Shown here: positions 25,847-26,585 of the stretch, one piece after another | Position numbering within the stretch: position 1 is the stretch's first letter | Layout: each line of letters starts with the position of its first letter | Source of the DNA: a virus | Lineage: Duplodnaviria > Caudoviricetes | IMG/VR virus record: IMGVR_UViG_3300032083_000170 | Coordinates: 1-26,585 of that record | DNA length: 26,585 bases | Reading direction: 5' to 3' (one strand) | The notes under the pieces: generated by a model | Databases searched by the model: none | What the model saw: the letters and a program-made list of their open reading frames with translations, nothing else | Told to the model about the DNA's origin: nothing | Program-made: the position numbers and the translations under genes

Positions 25847-26422
25847 CTACATCGTCTGTACGGTCTCTTTTTGGAGCCATCCCCAAACTTTACCCAGTTC
25901 TTCTATTGTAGCATTATTCTTAATGCGGTTTGCCTTATGACTTATGATACAGACGTTACCCTTCACGTATCCCAACTCAGGGATAATTCTGTCTAGTGAA
26001 GGAGAGGCATCGGATACTTTACCAGTCCAATCAAACTTACAACCAAACACTGGACAAACTTTAGGTAACCTTACATCTTCTAAATCTAAGTTAAAGGGTA
26101 AGTCTTTTTTCTTTGCCCTGTACTTACACGAAGACAATAAGTCTTTCTCAACTTTTTCTTTGGTTCTAAAACCTTTGTAACACCTATTCAATTTTTTAGT
26201 ATGTTCTTTATACTTTATAGTTCTTGAGTTTCTTTTAGGTTTTTTACCTTGGTAATTTTCTTTAAGTTCTTCAGGTAATAAACTCTGTAAGTACTGCTTT
26301 CTTTCTTCTACTTGATCTGTGTTTGGCTCGACACCTCTGTCTAAAAATTTAGGAACACCACCCCAAGCTACAATCTTCTTTTCTCTATTTTGATAAACTC
26401 TCTTTAGGTATGAATAAGACAT
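25847..26422 (-). CDS. HNH / His-Me finger-type endonuclease
   Basis: RAKKKDLPFNL...CPVFG...SPSLDRIIPELGYVKGNVCIISHKANRIK is the SLDRI..GY..GNV..AN..K beta-beta-alpha-Me pattern. Basic N-terminal half. GGGAG RBS. Confidence 0.8.
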   Translation of the reverse strand: MSYSYLKRVYQNREKKIVAWGGVPKFLDRGVEPNTDQVEERKQYLQSLLPEELKENYQGKKPKRNSRTIKYKEHTKKLNRCYKGFRTKEKVEKDLLSSCKYRAKKKDLPFNLDLEDVRLPKVCPVFGCKFDWTGKVSDASPSLDRIIPELGYVKGNVCIISHKANRIKNNATIEELGKVWGWLQKETVQTM

Positions 26423-26450
26423 TTAACACTCCCTTTATTGCCGTTAGTGT

Positions 26451-26480
26451 ATTTTACCATACCTATACCCCTTCGGTCAA
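26451..26480 (-). promoter_or_regulatory. Sigma70-like promoter of the endonuclease gene
   Basis: TTGACC (26480-26475), 18-nt spacer, then TAAAAT (26456-26451) preceded by TGg, an extended -10. Confidence 0.65.
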
Positions 26481-26585
26481 CCCCACCCCCTTTTTTACAT
26501 GGGCAGAAAAATTGTGAGAAAATCTTTTGGTGTATTGTACATATAGATAGCCGTGTACCCACCCCCGCATCGACCCGCCCGTGTG

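Noticed and set aside
202-26180. All plus-strand ORFs in the track (e.g. 202-456, 5629-6123, 7183-7533, 12223-12525, 22476-22832, 25944-26180)
   Set aside because: They lie antisense to well-supported minus-strand genes and have no recognisable motifs, as expected for shadow ORFs.
1-26585. Prophage or host-chromosome context
   Set aside because: No integrase, repressor, att-like site or bacterial housekeeping gene is present in the window. Lifestyle cannot be fully excluded from this arm alone.

Overview
This window is the virion-morphogenesis, packaging and lysis arm of a lytic-type podovirus, and all real genes lie on the minus strand. Gene content and order best fit the SIO1/Cobavirus-like marine podoviruses (Zobellviridae) of Roseobacter-group hosts; this is inferred from synteny and motifs, not from a database search. 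In transcription order (right to left) it encodes: an HNH-type endonuclease; an AT-rich repeat and hairpin region with sigma70-like promoters; a putative small terminase; three receptor-binding proteins (an SGNH-esterase tailspike, an LDDYEEG-type fibre and a beta-helix tailspike) plus a probable chaperone; membrane protein, amidase and holin; large terminase; portal; scaffold; major capsid and accessory head proteins; tail adaptor and nozzle; a GNAT-fold protein; three ejection proteins (the last with a C-terminal lysozyme-like domain); an overlapped spanin pair; and small basic or membrane proteins. I found two genes missing from the ORF track: a 33-aa Lys-rich peptide (15243-15344) and a ~150-aa membrane protein running off the left edge (1-452). 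I saw no integrase, tRNA, CRISPR array or reverse transcriptase. The most interesting items are the hidden Lys-rich peptide, the esterase tailspike with an inserted domain, the amidase extension overprinted on the holin, and the heptamer/inverted-repeat array with divergent promoters.
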